Assembly (NCBI GenBank): GCA_040954595.2
Contig: CM082579.2
Location: forward strand, 10,343,625 to 10,407,624
Source of the DNA: Balanoglossus misakiensis
Taxonomy: Eukaryota; Animalia; Hemichordata
Length of the DNA stretch: 64,000 nucleotides
Direction: 5' to 3'
Part shown: piece after piece, positions 13,400-26,316 of the stretch
Layout: each line of letters opens with the position of its first letter
How positions within the stretch are numbered: the first letter of the stretch is position 1
The notes under the pieces: generated by a model
Database searches by the model: none
Told to the model about the DNA's origin: nothing
What the model saw: only the letters and a program-made list of their open reading frames with translations
Made by a program: the position numbers and the translations under genes

Positions 13400-14667
13400 A
13401 CAACTGGATATGCGTCAAACAATTGAGATATATAGTCTGTCAGAACTGTTGGGAAAATGTGAGATAAGATGTGGGAAGATGTTTTATTGACCGTAAAAAC
13501 TGAAGTTCATCCAGGTTCAACATTTCACTTTATTTGGAGGAACTGCAGGCAAATATCTGGAAACTGGAATAGTGAAGTATACATACAGGTTTTATTCAAC
13601 AGCCCCTCCATCCTTTGCAATTCATTTGTCTGGCTCTTGCAATATCAGATCTAATCACGGTTTTAATGAAGTTCACGTCAGGTCATCAATCTTGAAGAGT
13701 GTTAAGAAATAACGAAGTCTGTAAGCTTTGATTGACAGACTGAAGTTCACCCAGTGTTCACTGCACTGGGTTTTTAATCAAAGATAGTGGCGAGAAGGGA
13801 ATTTATCAGCAAGTGAAGATATTAAGTGGCATCTGTAGCACAGTCCTAGAATGAATGTATCACTGGACGCCATTGCTACAGATAAAGATTTAATCAACTT
13901 AAAGTTCTGTATTGATCCACTTTCGTAAATTGCCAGTAACCTTATTGCAAGACGGTAATGATATGAAGCCGTCACTGTAAAAAAAAGCGTTCTGGTAGTT
14001 TTACTGAAGAAGGATGTATTTACAGAAATCAACTGGGCTGCTGTTAGAGCTGCCCTTATCAATTTCATGGGGGTGGCAAAGCAAGTACTATAATCAAAAT
14101 GAAAGGCAAAGTTAATTCCACTTTGAGAGATGATGCAAAATGCTTTTTAGCTGCTGTAAAAAAGGCATATAGTTCTTGACATTTATGACTGTATATTTTA
14201 ATTAGATCTTATAGTTTGTCTATAAGATCTGGGCCGACTATCATGTGACATTTTTATGGTGATATCAAGAAATTATAGTAACTCTAAGTATCATGGCTTA
14301 TGTTTTGTTTATTCATTGATCTCAAATTTTATGACCTAAACTCAAGACGATTCCTATTAAACCGAAAGGCCCACTTTTAAGTAAAATAGAACTATGTGGT
14401 AACCATAGCTTTCAAAACTATTTTCCTATAGATTTCATTTTAATAGATGTGTAATTTTATAAACATATCCACATAATATTAAGTTTTTGTCAGTGTTATA
14501 CTGCCAATGTTGTCATATTTACATCAACATGCCTTATTTCATCCAAACAATTTACAGATGGTAGTTTAGATACCAACACATTGAAAATTGATACCGGGAA
14601 CCAAATTGTATTTTTGTTTTCAAATTACATGCATTTTGTCATGGTCTTAATATTTATATTTGTTTTA

Positions 14668-14673
14668 AATAAA
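14668..14673 (+). terminator. Candidate SRA1 polyadenylation signal
   Basis: AATAAA at the end of an AU-rich stretch, followed by GT/T-rich sequence. Confidence 0.5.
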
Positions 14674-15290
14674 CATGTGTTTATAAAATGTGAAAGAATC
14701 ATGTGTATTCTGTTGAGGAGTATATGATTATGAAGAAATATTGCTGAGCGCCCCCAAGCAGTGCCTCAAACTTCATTCTGTGTAGTGACCATAGAGAAGG
14801 GATAAAAGGAAGGGTGGTGTTGCCACAGTAGTGTTTGAAAAGAACACATAAATTGCAAGTTGCGGAAATGTCAAGTTCTGCTTAAAATGCTGCAATAGAT
14901 ATTGTGCATACTGCCCCCCCCCCCCCCCCCGACCCCTCCAAACATGTCAGGGAGAATAGGTTCATCCCAATGCACATAACTTGCAGAAATTCCTAAATTT
15001 TGCTGCCTTGATGAAATCCATTTAATTTCTGTATTGACCAGTTGATTTCACTACATTACAGCAAGTACCTGTGTAATGCTTGTATACACCCCAACTACTT
15101 CTCGCCGTTGGATTATTGATATATTGCTGCTTAAAAAATCATATACACTGAACTTAAATTGCAGAAATGTAACTAAGATTTGTTGAAATAACATTTTCTC
15201 AGATGCTACTTCCAATATTATATTAAATATACATTTCTGATCATAAAATTTTATTTTTGATCAATTGTGTTTGCCATGCCATTGATAACA

Positions 15291-15303
15291 CGCCCTCTAG
15301 TGG
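15291..15303 (-). promoter_or_regulatory. CTCF-type motif between SRA1 and MCMDC2
   Basis: Reverse strand reads CCACTAGAGGGCG, matching the CTCF core consensus. Confidence 0.5.
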
Positions 15304-15790
15304 TTGAAACTCGTGATAATATTTGGAGAAAAAAAAACATAACATTACACGCCTGTTAAATGCAAATAAAATATCTCGAGAGGTATGTATTTTATCGAGC
15401 ATACTCTATGCATCTCCAAGTTTCACTATTTCGTCGCTAACGGCGCACTAACCTGAATCTGAATCCGAAATGAGAACAGTGTTTGAATCTGAATCCGAAA
15501 TCTACACAAAGTCTGCCTAAGCGATCGAAAATTGTCGTCTGCTATGATGAGCAAGGGAATGTTGTCATCGGTGGATTTTAGAAGGTAAATTATTTCTGAC
15601 GATTTTTATCCATATGCCAATAAATGCATTATTTTCAAAATTGTCCCCAACAACATCCGATTTTACTCATTGCAAATTTTAAAGCTTACGGATAATACAC
15701 TTTCAATTTCATCAGAGTGCGTGACCGTCAAGAAAATTCGCCAAACGTTTGTTTCAACAACAAGTCACAGTCGAGTGGGACTGTGTGTTA

Positions 15791-15832
15791 CACGGCCTCC
15801 ACCACAACTGAACTGATGTGGTGGAGGCCGTG
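15791..15832. mobile_element. 42-bp TA-flanked hairpin micro-element with CA...TG termini
   Basis: TA|CACGGCCTCCACCACA-N10-TGTGGTGGAGGCCGTG|TA; perfect 16-bp arms. Confidence 0.6.
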
Positions 15833-16128
15833 TAACTCCGGGAACATACAGACCTGTTCGCAGGGCTAAACCAGTACCCTGGTTTTGCCTTTCACACGCA
15901 ATATCAGGCAAACTTCAGGGCTTTGAGCTATGGTTCTGCAGCTACCGCCGTATCGGATAATCAGTGGTTTCCATGCATACGCTGCACGAAGACTAGAGTA
16001 TTCCCATTTTGTCATCACTTGGACGCCTTTACTAGATCACTGACCCAGATTTACATGTATATACGTTAATGCTCTGCTGCTCAACATTTTTTTACTAAAC
16101 GTTTATTACTTTGTAGTGATACAGTCAG

Positions 16129-19100
16129 ATGGAACAGATAGCACATCAGCATGAAGAAGCAGCGCTCAGTTACCTTGATAAAACTGGTGCGATTGAGAGA
16201 CTGAAAGAAAAATGTCAGATCTATGCAAATTCCAACCAGGTAAATGTAACACCTTGCATTGTCTTGAATATAAAATCATAAAATCTACATATATGTAGTT
16301 TCTGAGTGCAGCACGAAATCTGTACTATTTCCATTGTTATTTATTTGCATATTTTGTATCACCACGTCCACATGTATTCAGACGTGCTTTATCAATTTTA
16401 ACCAAATATACCTTTTATCTTCATATCTAAGATGCAAGCAGTCTACAATTTTGTTTTGATTGTTGATCCATTGGAACTTGCGGAAGTTGATGGTAAGTTT
16501 GGAATTTCTTATCTTAAATATCTTGATTTTCATCTTTCATCACTTTCTGTTTCTCAAAAGCATCTGAGTCATTTAAACATTAAAAATTAAGACATCTTCA
16601 TATTTTTTGTGGTACATGTATTTTCTTTTATCACAGTGGAGTTTGGGAACCTTGTTCTTAATCAAATCACTTTGGCAGAAAAAGTCTTTCAAGAGGTACG
16701 GTTATGTAATAATTATGTTTCTTTATTTAGTTTTTGTAATTTAATAGTTTATTATATCCTATTTCCAGCCAATTACCTTGCTGTTACCAGAAAAACAAAA
16801 AATGATATTAACATTTTTCAAATGTTCTTTTCACACAGGTATGCTTCACAGCTATCCACTCATCATCACTTCTACCATCAGTGCAATATGCCAGTCAAAT
16901 TCTCATCCAACTGAGGGTTAGCAACTTGCCTCATTTACCAAGGTTAGTTTGTGTTTTTTACCATTCCACTGCCACCATCAACACACATTGTACCATTTAA
17001 TTTTGTTAAAAAATTTCCTACAGACGTACACGGTATCAGTGATATCACTGCAACAACATGGCAGAATGCACCCCTAGTATATTGTACGTCTTGTTAACAA
17101 ATCCTGATGAGGGCATGTGTGATTATTTGTTTCAGATATTTTGCTGTATTCCAAAATAACGTTTTTGCAATTCAATATTTTAATTCAAGTTATCAGTTGG
17201 ATCTGTTTGATCTATGGAGGTGTAAAGCTGGTAATAGGCTGTACAAGTTCAAAGGCATAGTCTGCAGTATATCAACAATTACTAAATATACGTAAGTAAA
17301 CCTCAAATATACCATGGCTATAAGTTACAGTACATTTGTAAATCTGATCAAGAGAGATAATTTTCTTAATGCTTAGGGATGTAGTCTATACTATTTTGGT
17401 TGTTATTTTTTCATTTGATGGGCTAATTTGCTATGTGACTAGTTATTACTACTCAACTCACACCTGTACCTGACACAAGGATACAGTTTAATCTTTGGTA
17501 CTGACCAACAATTGTATAATAAAAGTATTTATGTGTAATAACCATTGATGAGTTGTAAATTGAGAACCAAAGAACCAAAACAATGTCAAAAGTTCTGTAC
17601 AAATGTACAGAACTTATGCCACAATATATTTATAAACAATTGTGTGCAACATATAGGTTCTGGTACACTTTCAACAGTAAAGCACATATCCTATTAGTGT
17701 GTCATTTTACTGAAAGGCGGAGTACTGAAGCAGGAATCCTAGTGCCAATAGTTATCATCACCTGATAATGGATTTTAATGATACACACTGCATCTAATTT
17801 AGTAGGAAGATTCACAAAATTCTCATTGACACCACAGACAAGCAGCAAGATACTACTGTCCAGTCTCATCATGTGATGGCTCGACTGGTCACCATTTTAT
17901 CATGATGCATACCACAGGTGCTTTTGAATTTCAAACTATCAGGTACAGTTTTCCCATTTGATATCAGCATTAATGACTTCATCATACTTATTTACTCTAC
18001 CTGCTTTGTAACGTCACCCAAATGATTCGTAGAATTTCAAACAACCAACAAAACTGCTATACATGTTAAATCATGAAAATTAAGTGCAGCCTTGTACTGA
18101 TTAATTTTGTGGCAGTTGGGGTTGTGTGTTTTTTTTGCAGTTATGATTTTACATATTACAACAAAATATTCTTGTGGACATATGAGGTAAAATTGGAAAT
18201 TTTTAATTCAAGGTTTTGACACCTAGTTTTAACACATTCTTCTGAATTGCAGTTTACTGATTTTAGTGAAGCAGAAAACTTTAATGGCATGTGAAAAGGA
18301 AATGAATCATGTGAAGTGAATGACTTGTAATGATTTTGATTCATTTCAGAAATGACTTTGTGTGCAAGTTCTGTGGATCTACTCTGGTTGAGGACATATC
18401 CTGTAGATTACTTGCTGGTAAGTTTGCTAACAAGCCTTCTACTGTAACAACAATGAGAACCAGGATACACCTAGTCTCTGTATACCTGACAACTTTCTTA
18501 TAAGTGGTTTTGTTCAATGATCTAGAAAGAAATCAGAGCAGATTATTCACTAGATCATTGAAAACTGACCACAAAGAAAATTCATACTGATCTTATATTA
18601 TCCAAATAGCAGAGCTTAATGAAAGAATAAATTAATTTGGCTGTGGTTCAAGTTGGATGCAATCAAATATTTTAAATGAAAGAGATCGATGAGAACCATT
18701 TGAGCTTGGAATAATGAAGGAATTTGATTGGCATAAAATATTTTAACCCTTTCACCCCTATGGTCTGCTATGGTTCAGTCTAAACCCATTGTTTTCTATG
18801 GTAAGGTTGGACCTCTAAAGAGGGAACAGAGGTGAAAGGGTTAAACAATAGTGAGAACCACTTTGTTGAGAAAAATACCAAGCAAGAATAGTACATGTAG
18901 TAACATTTGTTGTTCATTAAAATGAACAATTTATATGAAGTGAGATTTAAAGCCCACTGATACACTTTCACAATGGCAGATAAAATGGTAGTTCAGATGT
19001 TGACCTGTGATGCATTGGAATGCCACCAGAAGATTTCACTTGAGAGGTCTAGATATCAGTCTATTACAGTTGTGTTGAGAGGTAAGGAAATGTATAGACT

Positions 19101-22100
19101 AATTATGGATGCACATATGTACCGGCTTGTAAGGATTGTTACAAAATTATATCTTCACATTACTGCACAGCAAATAATATGATAAATAAAGATAACATTT
19201 TTGATGAATTATTTTTATGCATATTGATATTCAGGATAATGTTTCATAACTTTTCAATTCCACTTTGTAAGGTGATCTGGCATCAGGTGTGAACATTGGT
19301 GAAACTTACTCTATCATTGGAAGTCCAGCTTACAAATACCAGGAAGCTGATGTTTCTGTAGCATTTGAGGTGAGAGATTACGTTTGCCTTTTGGTAAAAT
19401 GAAAAGCCAAAGACCTTTATGATTACAAAATAGTTTATCTGTATGTATTTTCGTTCTAATACAATGTAGAGTAAAGGAAAATCAAATGACTAGTCATGGC
19501 AGAGAGATGTACATTTGTATATTGTATATTGTAAGCACTGTACCTCAAACTTTGATAATTGAAAGATCTTTCTTGTGTTCTGTTTCTTGCTAAGAGTCTG
19601 TGTAAAAGTTATAAAAAAGCTTTTAGAATCAAGAATTAATAAACTGAAAGCATAATTTTGTTTGGTATTTTCGTCTCATCCAGAAATTCATCCATATCAT
19701 TCTCTGAATGTGGAATCTTAATTTTTTTCATTTTTCTTCTAGGCAAACAACATTGCCAAGGTAAGTGATGGCAATTATCCTATTCATACTGTTATCCCTT
19801 TGCAATATTTTCAATCCCCAAGACCAGCATGTTTAACTAACGTCTAAATGCTATTCCAAATTTTAGCAGGAATTGTGTCTTGACTCTTCAACTAAGTATA
19901 TTCCTTTGTCAATTGAAAGATTGTACAAAGGTAAGTGTACAATACTAGTGATATATACATAGTTCTTTAAATAGTATCGGTCCTTAGTATGGATTCCATG
20001 GACATTGTTATGTGTACCTGACTTTGATACCTGGCTTCAAGCAAGGCAGATGTAGCAATATCATTTTTAATTTTTTTTTAGCTTTCTTTGGATTAGCTTA
20101 TAGTTAAGTCTATTTTTAATACTTCTTTGCCTGCCAGTGTGTAGGTTTTCATTATTATCATTTGATGCATAACAACCAAATTGAGATCTGAGCCTGAAAA
20201 CAATTACATTAAAATTTTGACATGTCAAATTTTACTTATGACAACTACTAGTTTATTTTATGTATTTCATTCATACCTACCGATAGTTTTCAAAAATAGT
20301 TATAGTTTTAGATTTGCATGTATTATACTTTAGTTTTAGATTGATTTTAAACTTTATGAAAGTAGTAAATGCATGGTAATACTTCAAGCCCATTTGACAA
20401 TGACACTCTTTCAGATAGAAAGTGTTCTTCATGGAGTTTTGTAGCTAGTCTGGCGTATATCTTTGGAGGCAATATCACACCACCTGGATCTTACTTCAGA
20501 CTCAAACTGGGTATACTGTTGAGCCTGGTCCAGACTCCACAAACACACAAAAAGGTATGTTTTGAAATGTATTTTATAATTAACATTGGCACTTAATGCA
20601 ACACTGAATCTTAAAAATGACGATCCCTTTTATATATTTATATATTATCTTTATTTCTGTCCAAATCTAGAGTATTAAAGCATCGAGAGGTCTGAATATA
20701 CTAGCTGTGGGTTGTGATACAGTCATACTACATAGATTGTTGTTGTATGGTGCTTCCTTTTCTGGACGTCATTTACATCACACAGGAAGCAATTCATTGT
20801 TTTCAACTGTTACAAAAGATCACTCTGGTACTGGAGCTTGTACCATAGATGGTGAGAGAAAATTATTCCATGCAGCTTTTATGTCTATGAAGCGCAATTA
20901 AAAGTAGATCAGATTATGTAGGTGTACACTGGTACTTCAAGTCCTTTTGCTGACAATTAAAAGTTATTGTATTGCACTTATTGTGAAATTTAACAGGAAA
21001 CTTATTTTAACACCATATAAAATTTTTATGGAAAAGAAAAGATTGGCATTAATAAGCAGTTCACACATCCATTATTGTGGAAACCAGGGATGAGTGGATG
21101 GCTTTTAGATTTGCATTAATTTTGTGATTCTGTTCATTTGTGTAGGTGGATCATTAATGCTGTGCAGGGGTGGAGTTTGTACCTTGGGTGACTTAACTTG
21201 CTATAAGAAGGAAACCAGAGATAGTCTCTTTCATGGTGAGTCACTGATTAATTGTTTAATTCATACTCCTGTTTTGTGAGATATCATAAGCTCACTGTTT
21301 TAATCTCCCGTGGTAAGTATTTGCCCTTACAAATACTGGTATGTGATGAACATCTTGAAACTAAAATATACCTTATTACACAAACAAGCATCTGTCAAAA
21401 ATTAACAAACTTTGGTGAATACATCTTTTTTTATGAAAAATGCGCCCCGCCGCCCAGCTACCAAAACATGGTGTCATCTTCAAGCAGACAAAGCGAAAAC
21501 AAGGACAGTAGGTCACAATATAGTACTGCTCTAGCTTATAAAATGCCGGTCTTAACTATAGCGACGATACAAAACATGATAAAATGTTTACTCTGTGACT
21601 TACTGGCCTTCGTTCTGCATCATCTTGTAAGGGCACCCTCTTTATGAAAAAAGGCAAATTCACATGCACTTCTGGAAAATGATCAAGTACATTGGCCATC
21701 TTTTTTTCATTCCAGCTATGGAGAATGGTGCAATAACTGTTAGCATACCAAAGAAATATAGTGAAGGTATATGTCATCAACAGGTGTCAATGCCAATTGG
21801 TTGTAATATATGGGCCTATATGGCTACTACTAGTAGGTGTAGTCAAAACAGGGACATTTTAGCACAGCAAGTGAGTTCTTTTATTGTATCTGTAGCTTTT
21901 TTTTCTGACTTGAAGTTCGTTCCACATTTTGAAGTAATGAGTTCTCTGAAGTAAAAGAGTTATTTAAAGGATGAAAAATAAACCACCTTTAGCAAATCGT
22001 TGATGGTGGCCATAATGTATATCTGTATCATTTTTCAAAGCTAATCAATTTCTTATTCTCCCTTGACAGGACATGGGTAACATTCCAAAGATATTTTCTA

Positions 22101-24267
22101 AGTAAGTGGTGTGATATTTCTCCTATTTGAAGTTTCATTTAGGTTGATACCAGTACTATCAATAATAGGGGTTTTTCTAAACAAAAGGAAATTGATCTTA
22201 AGTGACAATCTGAGACAGTTACTATAAGTTTCTGGGTTTCGTTTCATTTTCCTCATAAAAATGACAAGTTTTCAGTTTATCTAGTATTGATAGACAATGG
22301 ATTGAGCACATGAGTACCATTTTTGCAATAAAATCAATGCAGATGTCTGTAAACATGTCATGGCTATTTTATCCTGTGAAGTTATGGATGGTACGTACTA
22401 CATATATGACTCTTGTATCCACAGTCCATTTGGTATGATCTACTGCTGTGATAATACAGACACATGCTGGGATGACTATTTAGGCAGTTGTCTGATGAAC
22501 CAAGTCTTGACAAATGCTGTACTTGATGAACAACACCAATCTACCATCCAGTCTCTTGTCTCAGGAGAAGATTTACAAATAGTATGTTAACCCTTTATCT
22601 GCTACCATTTGCTCTATTTCCTTCACTGTGTACAGAATCAAGATGGTTGTCATAATACAGGGTATACTTTCCTGGCCATTCCTGACTGTCCTAGAGTTGA
22701 ATTAAACCAATCCTATGAAGTCCTGGAAAGTTGATTTTGTCACACATCATGCTTTTTATACTATAAAAATGATGACTAATGTGAAAAAGATGACAATGAC
22801 CAAAAATCCTGGAAAACTTGGAAAATTTCCTAGACAGTCCTTGAGTGTATGTACCCTTGTAATTAAAAGTGACAGTTTGATATAACCAAAAGTTTTTGAA
22901 ATATGAATCTGGTCAAAGCATTACATTGTGCTGAGGAAGCCCAATGCATGAATGATTAGCAAAGTTGTATTAATAATCATGCTTGCTATAATTTCTCATT
23001 TTTGCATTCTAGTTCTTGGATCTTGTTTCTACCAAGAGCGTAGGATTCACTTCAGCTGCTGAATACCTGATAAAAGGCTACTTTGTTGGAAGTAGAAGAG
23101 TACGTTCTGCAGGCATCCATGGTACACCATTTCCACAAACAGCTATGGAAACAATGTGAGTTCATAAGCTACAGCAAACAGATCAGACCAGAATAAAACA
23201 TGCAGCTCTGGTAAATTAGTAATGCTTGTGTAGACAAATTGCCAGTTGTCCAGGTAGATACAAGTAACTTGTCTTCTACCTCAGGTTTAAACAATCACAT
23301 TGCATTTCACCACTCTGTCATGTATTTTCTTACAGAGCATGTATGGCAACTGCACATGCCAAGCTGAGTTTGAGGAACCAAGCTGAAGATGATGATGCTG
23401 TAATGGCTATTATGATCTATGAAGAATGTATCACTGCTAGATATGGCAAGTTTTTTTTTTAAATTATGACTAAATCCCTATATTTGAATAATGTCATGGA
23501 AATTGATACAGCGCTGTCTTGTATTAATAAGCCCAATTGAATGGGCACTTTAGAAATCATGGTTCATAATGATATCTTTTAAGATTCTTTTTCCAATGTT
23601 TTCTTTCATATAGGGTACTCTGTTCTCAGTGTGCAGCCAACAGCTCACTTTCGGGATGATAATCTTTCAATGTACATTGGCAAAGAGGTAAGCAAAGATG
23701 ATATCAGTAGATGTACTTGCTACATTTGACTTTTGATCTTCAAGTTCAACATTCAATAGTGTGATTCTTGCATGGTAACCTAATATTGTTTGTATTGAGA
23801 TTTCACAGCAAGGTTAATATAATACATGTACCATCTTTTATTCTCCTTTACTTGTGGTTTTAATTTTTTCTATTCGTCCATGCTGTAAATGTTGTGTAGG
23901 ATATCTCGTATGTATCTGCCATGTGAGGCTTCACACACACACACATGGCAACGTGTACCTTTGATATTAGATGTCAACCATGTATGTTGCAGTCAGTGTA
24001 ATAATACCTGTTGCAATCAAAGAAAAGAATTATCCCTAGTTTATGATCCTGTTATTAACATGCACAAATGCAAATGCCTGGTGTAAAATAAACACCCATG
24101 TATTTTTTCTTCAAAATAAAAACTGAGACAGAACTTGCTGATGAATCTGTCAATCTCAATCTTTACTCTTCCAGAATGATCTAAGAATGGAGCAGTTTAA
24201 AGTCCAGCTGACCCGATTTTGTCTGTCCCATGCAAGTGAACTGGTGTGTGGACTCTCTGAAGAATGA
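16129..24267 (+). CDS. MCMDC2: MCM domain-containing protein 2 (meiotic recombination, catalytically degenerate MCM)
   Basis: Exons 16129-16239, 16432-16492, 16637-16695, 16839-16942, 17190-17291, 17838-17942, 18350-18417, 18980-19081, 19272-19369, 19743-19760, 19867/19870-19930, 20415-20554, 20671-20851, 21146-21235, 21716-21870, 22070-22101, 22425-22581, 23013-23155, 23336-23445, 23614-23687, 24175-24267; upstream exon ends at 15584. Motifs EAALSYLDKTGAIERL, TITKYTQAARYYC, NDFVCKFCGSTLVED, ITPPGSYFRLKLGILLSLVQT, GYFVGSRRVRS and AHAKLSLRN follow vertebrate MCMDC2; Walker A/B are degenerate (GCDTVILH, GVCTLGDL). Confidence 0.95.
18743..18844. mobile_element. piggyBac-type MITE in an MCMDC2 intron
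   Basis: TTAA-CCCTTTCACC ... GGTGAAAGGG-TTAA. Confidence 0.8.
22656..22861. mobile_element. Degenerate TA-flanked MITE with CA...TG ends
   Basis: TA-CAGGGTATAC ... GTATGTACCCTTG-TA with repeated internal TCCTGGAAA motifs. Confidence 0.5.
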
Positions 24268-24724
24268 AAGTGCAATCAAGTTCAGTTGCTGCTTGTAATT
24301 TCCTTCACAGTGGGAATGGATATATATAAGCACAAGTTAATGGTCAGGGCGGAGTCGGTTATTTCCATTATATTACCAACGAACTCAATGTCGTATTCAC
24401 TGAACTGTTTGTTAATATTACTACCCCGGTATTCAGATTTACGGGCATGTAAACAAACCATTACTGAGTATTTGTGGTCAGTGACATCGTTCATCTCGAC
24501 CAATTAAAATGCGATGCACAGGCCATGGTAATATAATGAAATTTTAATGTCACATATTTATTGTATTTATAGTTTGTATGGAAGTATATTAAAACAAGTT
24601 GCAACCATGATGATTTTACTGTCTTGTTTTTGCTTTTGTACTGGAAAAATGAAGTATGTGTATTGGATAAAGACTTGAAGATGCTGATTTAGTCATAGTT
24701 TTCAAAAATGTATAAAATTCAGAG

Positions 24725-24740
24725 AATAAACAGGTTTATT
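24725..24740. terminator. Back-to-back poly(A) signals between convergent MCMDC2 and EMC7
   Basis: AATAAA-CAGG-TTTATT gives AATAAA on both strands; an ATTAAA at 24588 is an alternative for MCMDC2. Confidence 0.45.
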
Positions 24741-26316
24741 TCTCAACAAGTCTTGCCAAATACACCCAAGGACTGACAGCACCAATGATTAATGGGTCTA
24801 CAAATGTACATGCACCGCAAGATGGCTGAATGTACTTGAATCGTATTGTATACAATGTGTTTCTATAAACATTTTCACTTCTGTCAGAATTCCAGGTTAA
24901 CCTTGGTAGTTTGTCTACCTCACACCGCCAGAAGTACCAGGATGTAAAGCCATGGAAACTGCCAATTTAATCATGACAAACTTGCAGTAGAACATGTCAG
25001 TCAAGACTTCCACATAGCTAGTCACAAAATCATATGACAACCGACCTTCAAAAGAGACAAACCTGTCGCCTCCTGACATTTTCAGGATTATTTTGCTTCT
25101 TAGCGTAGCTGTCTATGCTGTTGTGCTGGCTGAAATGTGCAGAGTTTTAAATTCTTTTATACATGTTGACACAATAATGACCCACCAAAAACACTACTGA
25201 CATAATTGAGCAGGAAACTAGAAAAACAGCTGAGTTATGTAAATGAAAAAAGACAAATGCCAAGAGATTGACACCTGCGTTTAGTGACAGTGTGTAAAAA
25301 TCACTCAACACTTATATACATTTTATGATTTTTATTACAAATTTTAGGATTTAAAAATCGTCACAAACCTGGAAATCATATCAAATTCTCCCACCTAAAA
25401 AAAATTCAAGATACAGCCCTTCGCAGATTTGATTTGGGTTAGAACAAACATGTATTTGTAGGGTGCCAATGCAATCTGCCAAAGTACAAAGTATTCTTTT
25501 TTTGCATGGAAGGGGTTTGAGATAAAAATGTTATTAGCTGTGTTTGTTGTGTGCACATTTTTATTATCCACAGTCACTAAGGGTACCCCAAAGATTAAAA
25601 CAGATGAGTGTGGCCTATTTAGTGCACCTCATTATAAATCTGCAAATGGCTGTAAATAGAAAATGCTGGTTGCAACAATCATGTGGGGGGAAATATAGAG
25701 AAGGCAGCAATGCAGAATTAATACTATTTGCAATATCTGAACAACAGTGACTGTTATCCCCTGAAGTATGAAACCACAAAGCTGTAGGAGACCACATTTT
25801 GTTTTCTCTTACCCTTTGGTCAGATCATTAATGAAAACATCCTGAGAGACTACAACCGATGAAATGTGTCGCATATCTACTTGATACTTCTTAAGGCAGA
25901 CTCTACCTTATGGGTAACATCGTTTTCAAAAATATGAAGAGGCTTCCCAAACTTGTATGTCACAATAAAGCTTTTCACATGGTCCTCTGATAAGGTTACT
26001 ATTTTACACACACAAAATGTTGTCCATTCACCAGTAGTCTAAACTTTGTGTGGCAGACATCTTTAAATGTCATACTTTGGTGGAGATTCTTTCTCCCATC
26101 CAAAAATTTGCATAGTGATTCAAAGTTATTTTTTTCCTCCAGGAAAGTCCATGAATAAATTAAAGATTACATTTCTGCAATAAGTGACGTTGTGAGCATT
26201 GCCATCAACTGGGAGAGTGACCTATATATGAATGCATCGGTCATGAAAAACATGAATCACTAAGGACTGTAGTGTTCACATGGTTGCTGCAACTGACATT
26301 ATACAACTGTCTACTG

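Noticed and set aside
15421-15500. MYB-like TAACGG, CHR-like TTTGAA and duplicated TGAATCTGAATCCGAAAT near the MCMDC2 start
   Set aside because: Plausible for a meiotic promoter, but hexamers are too short to support without conservation data.
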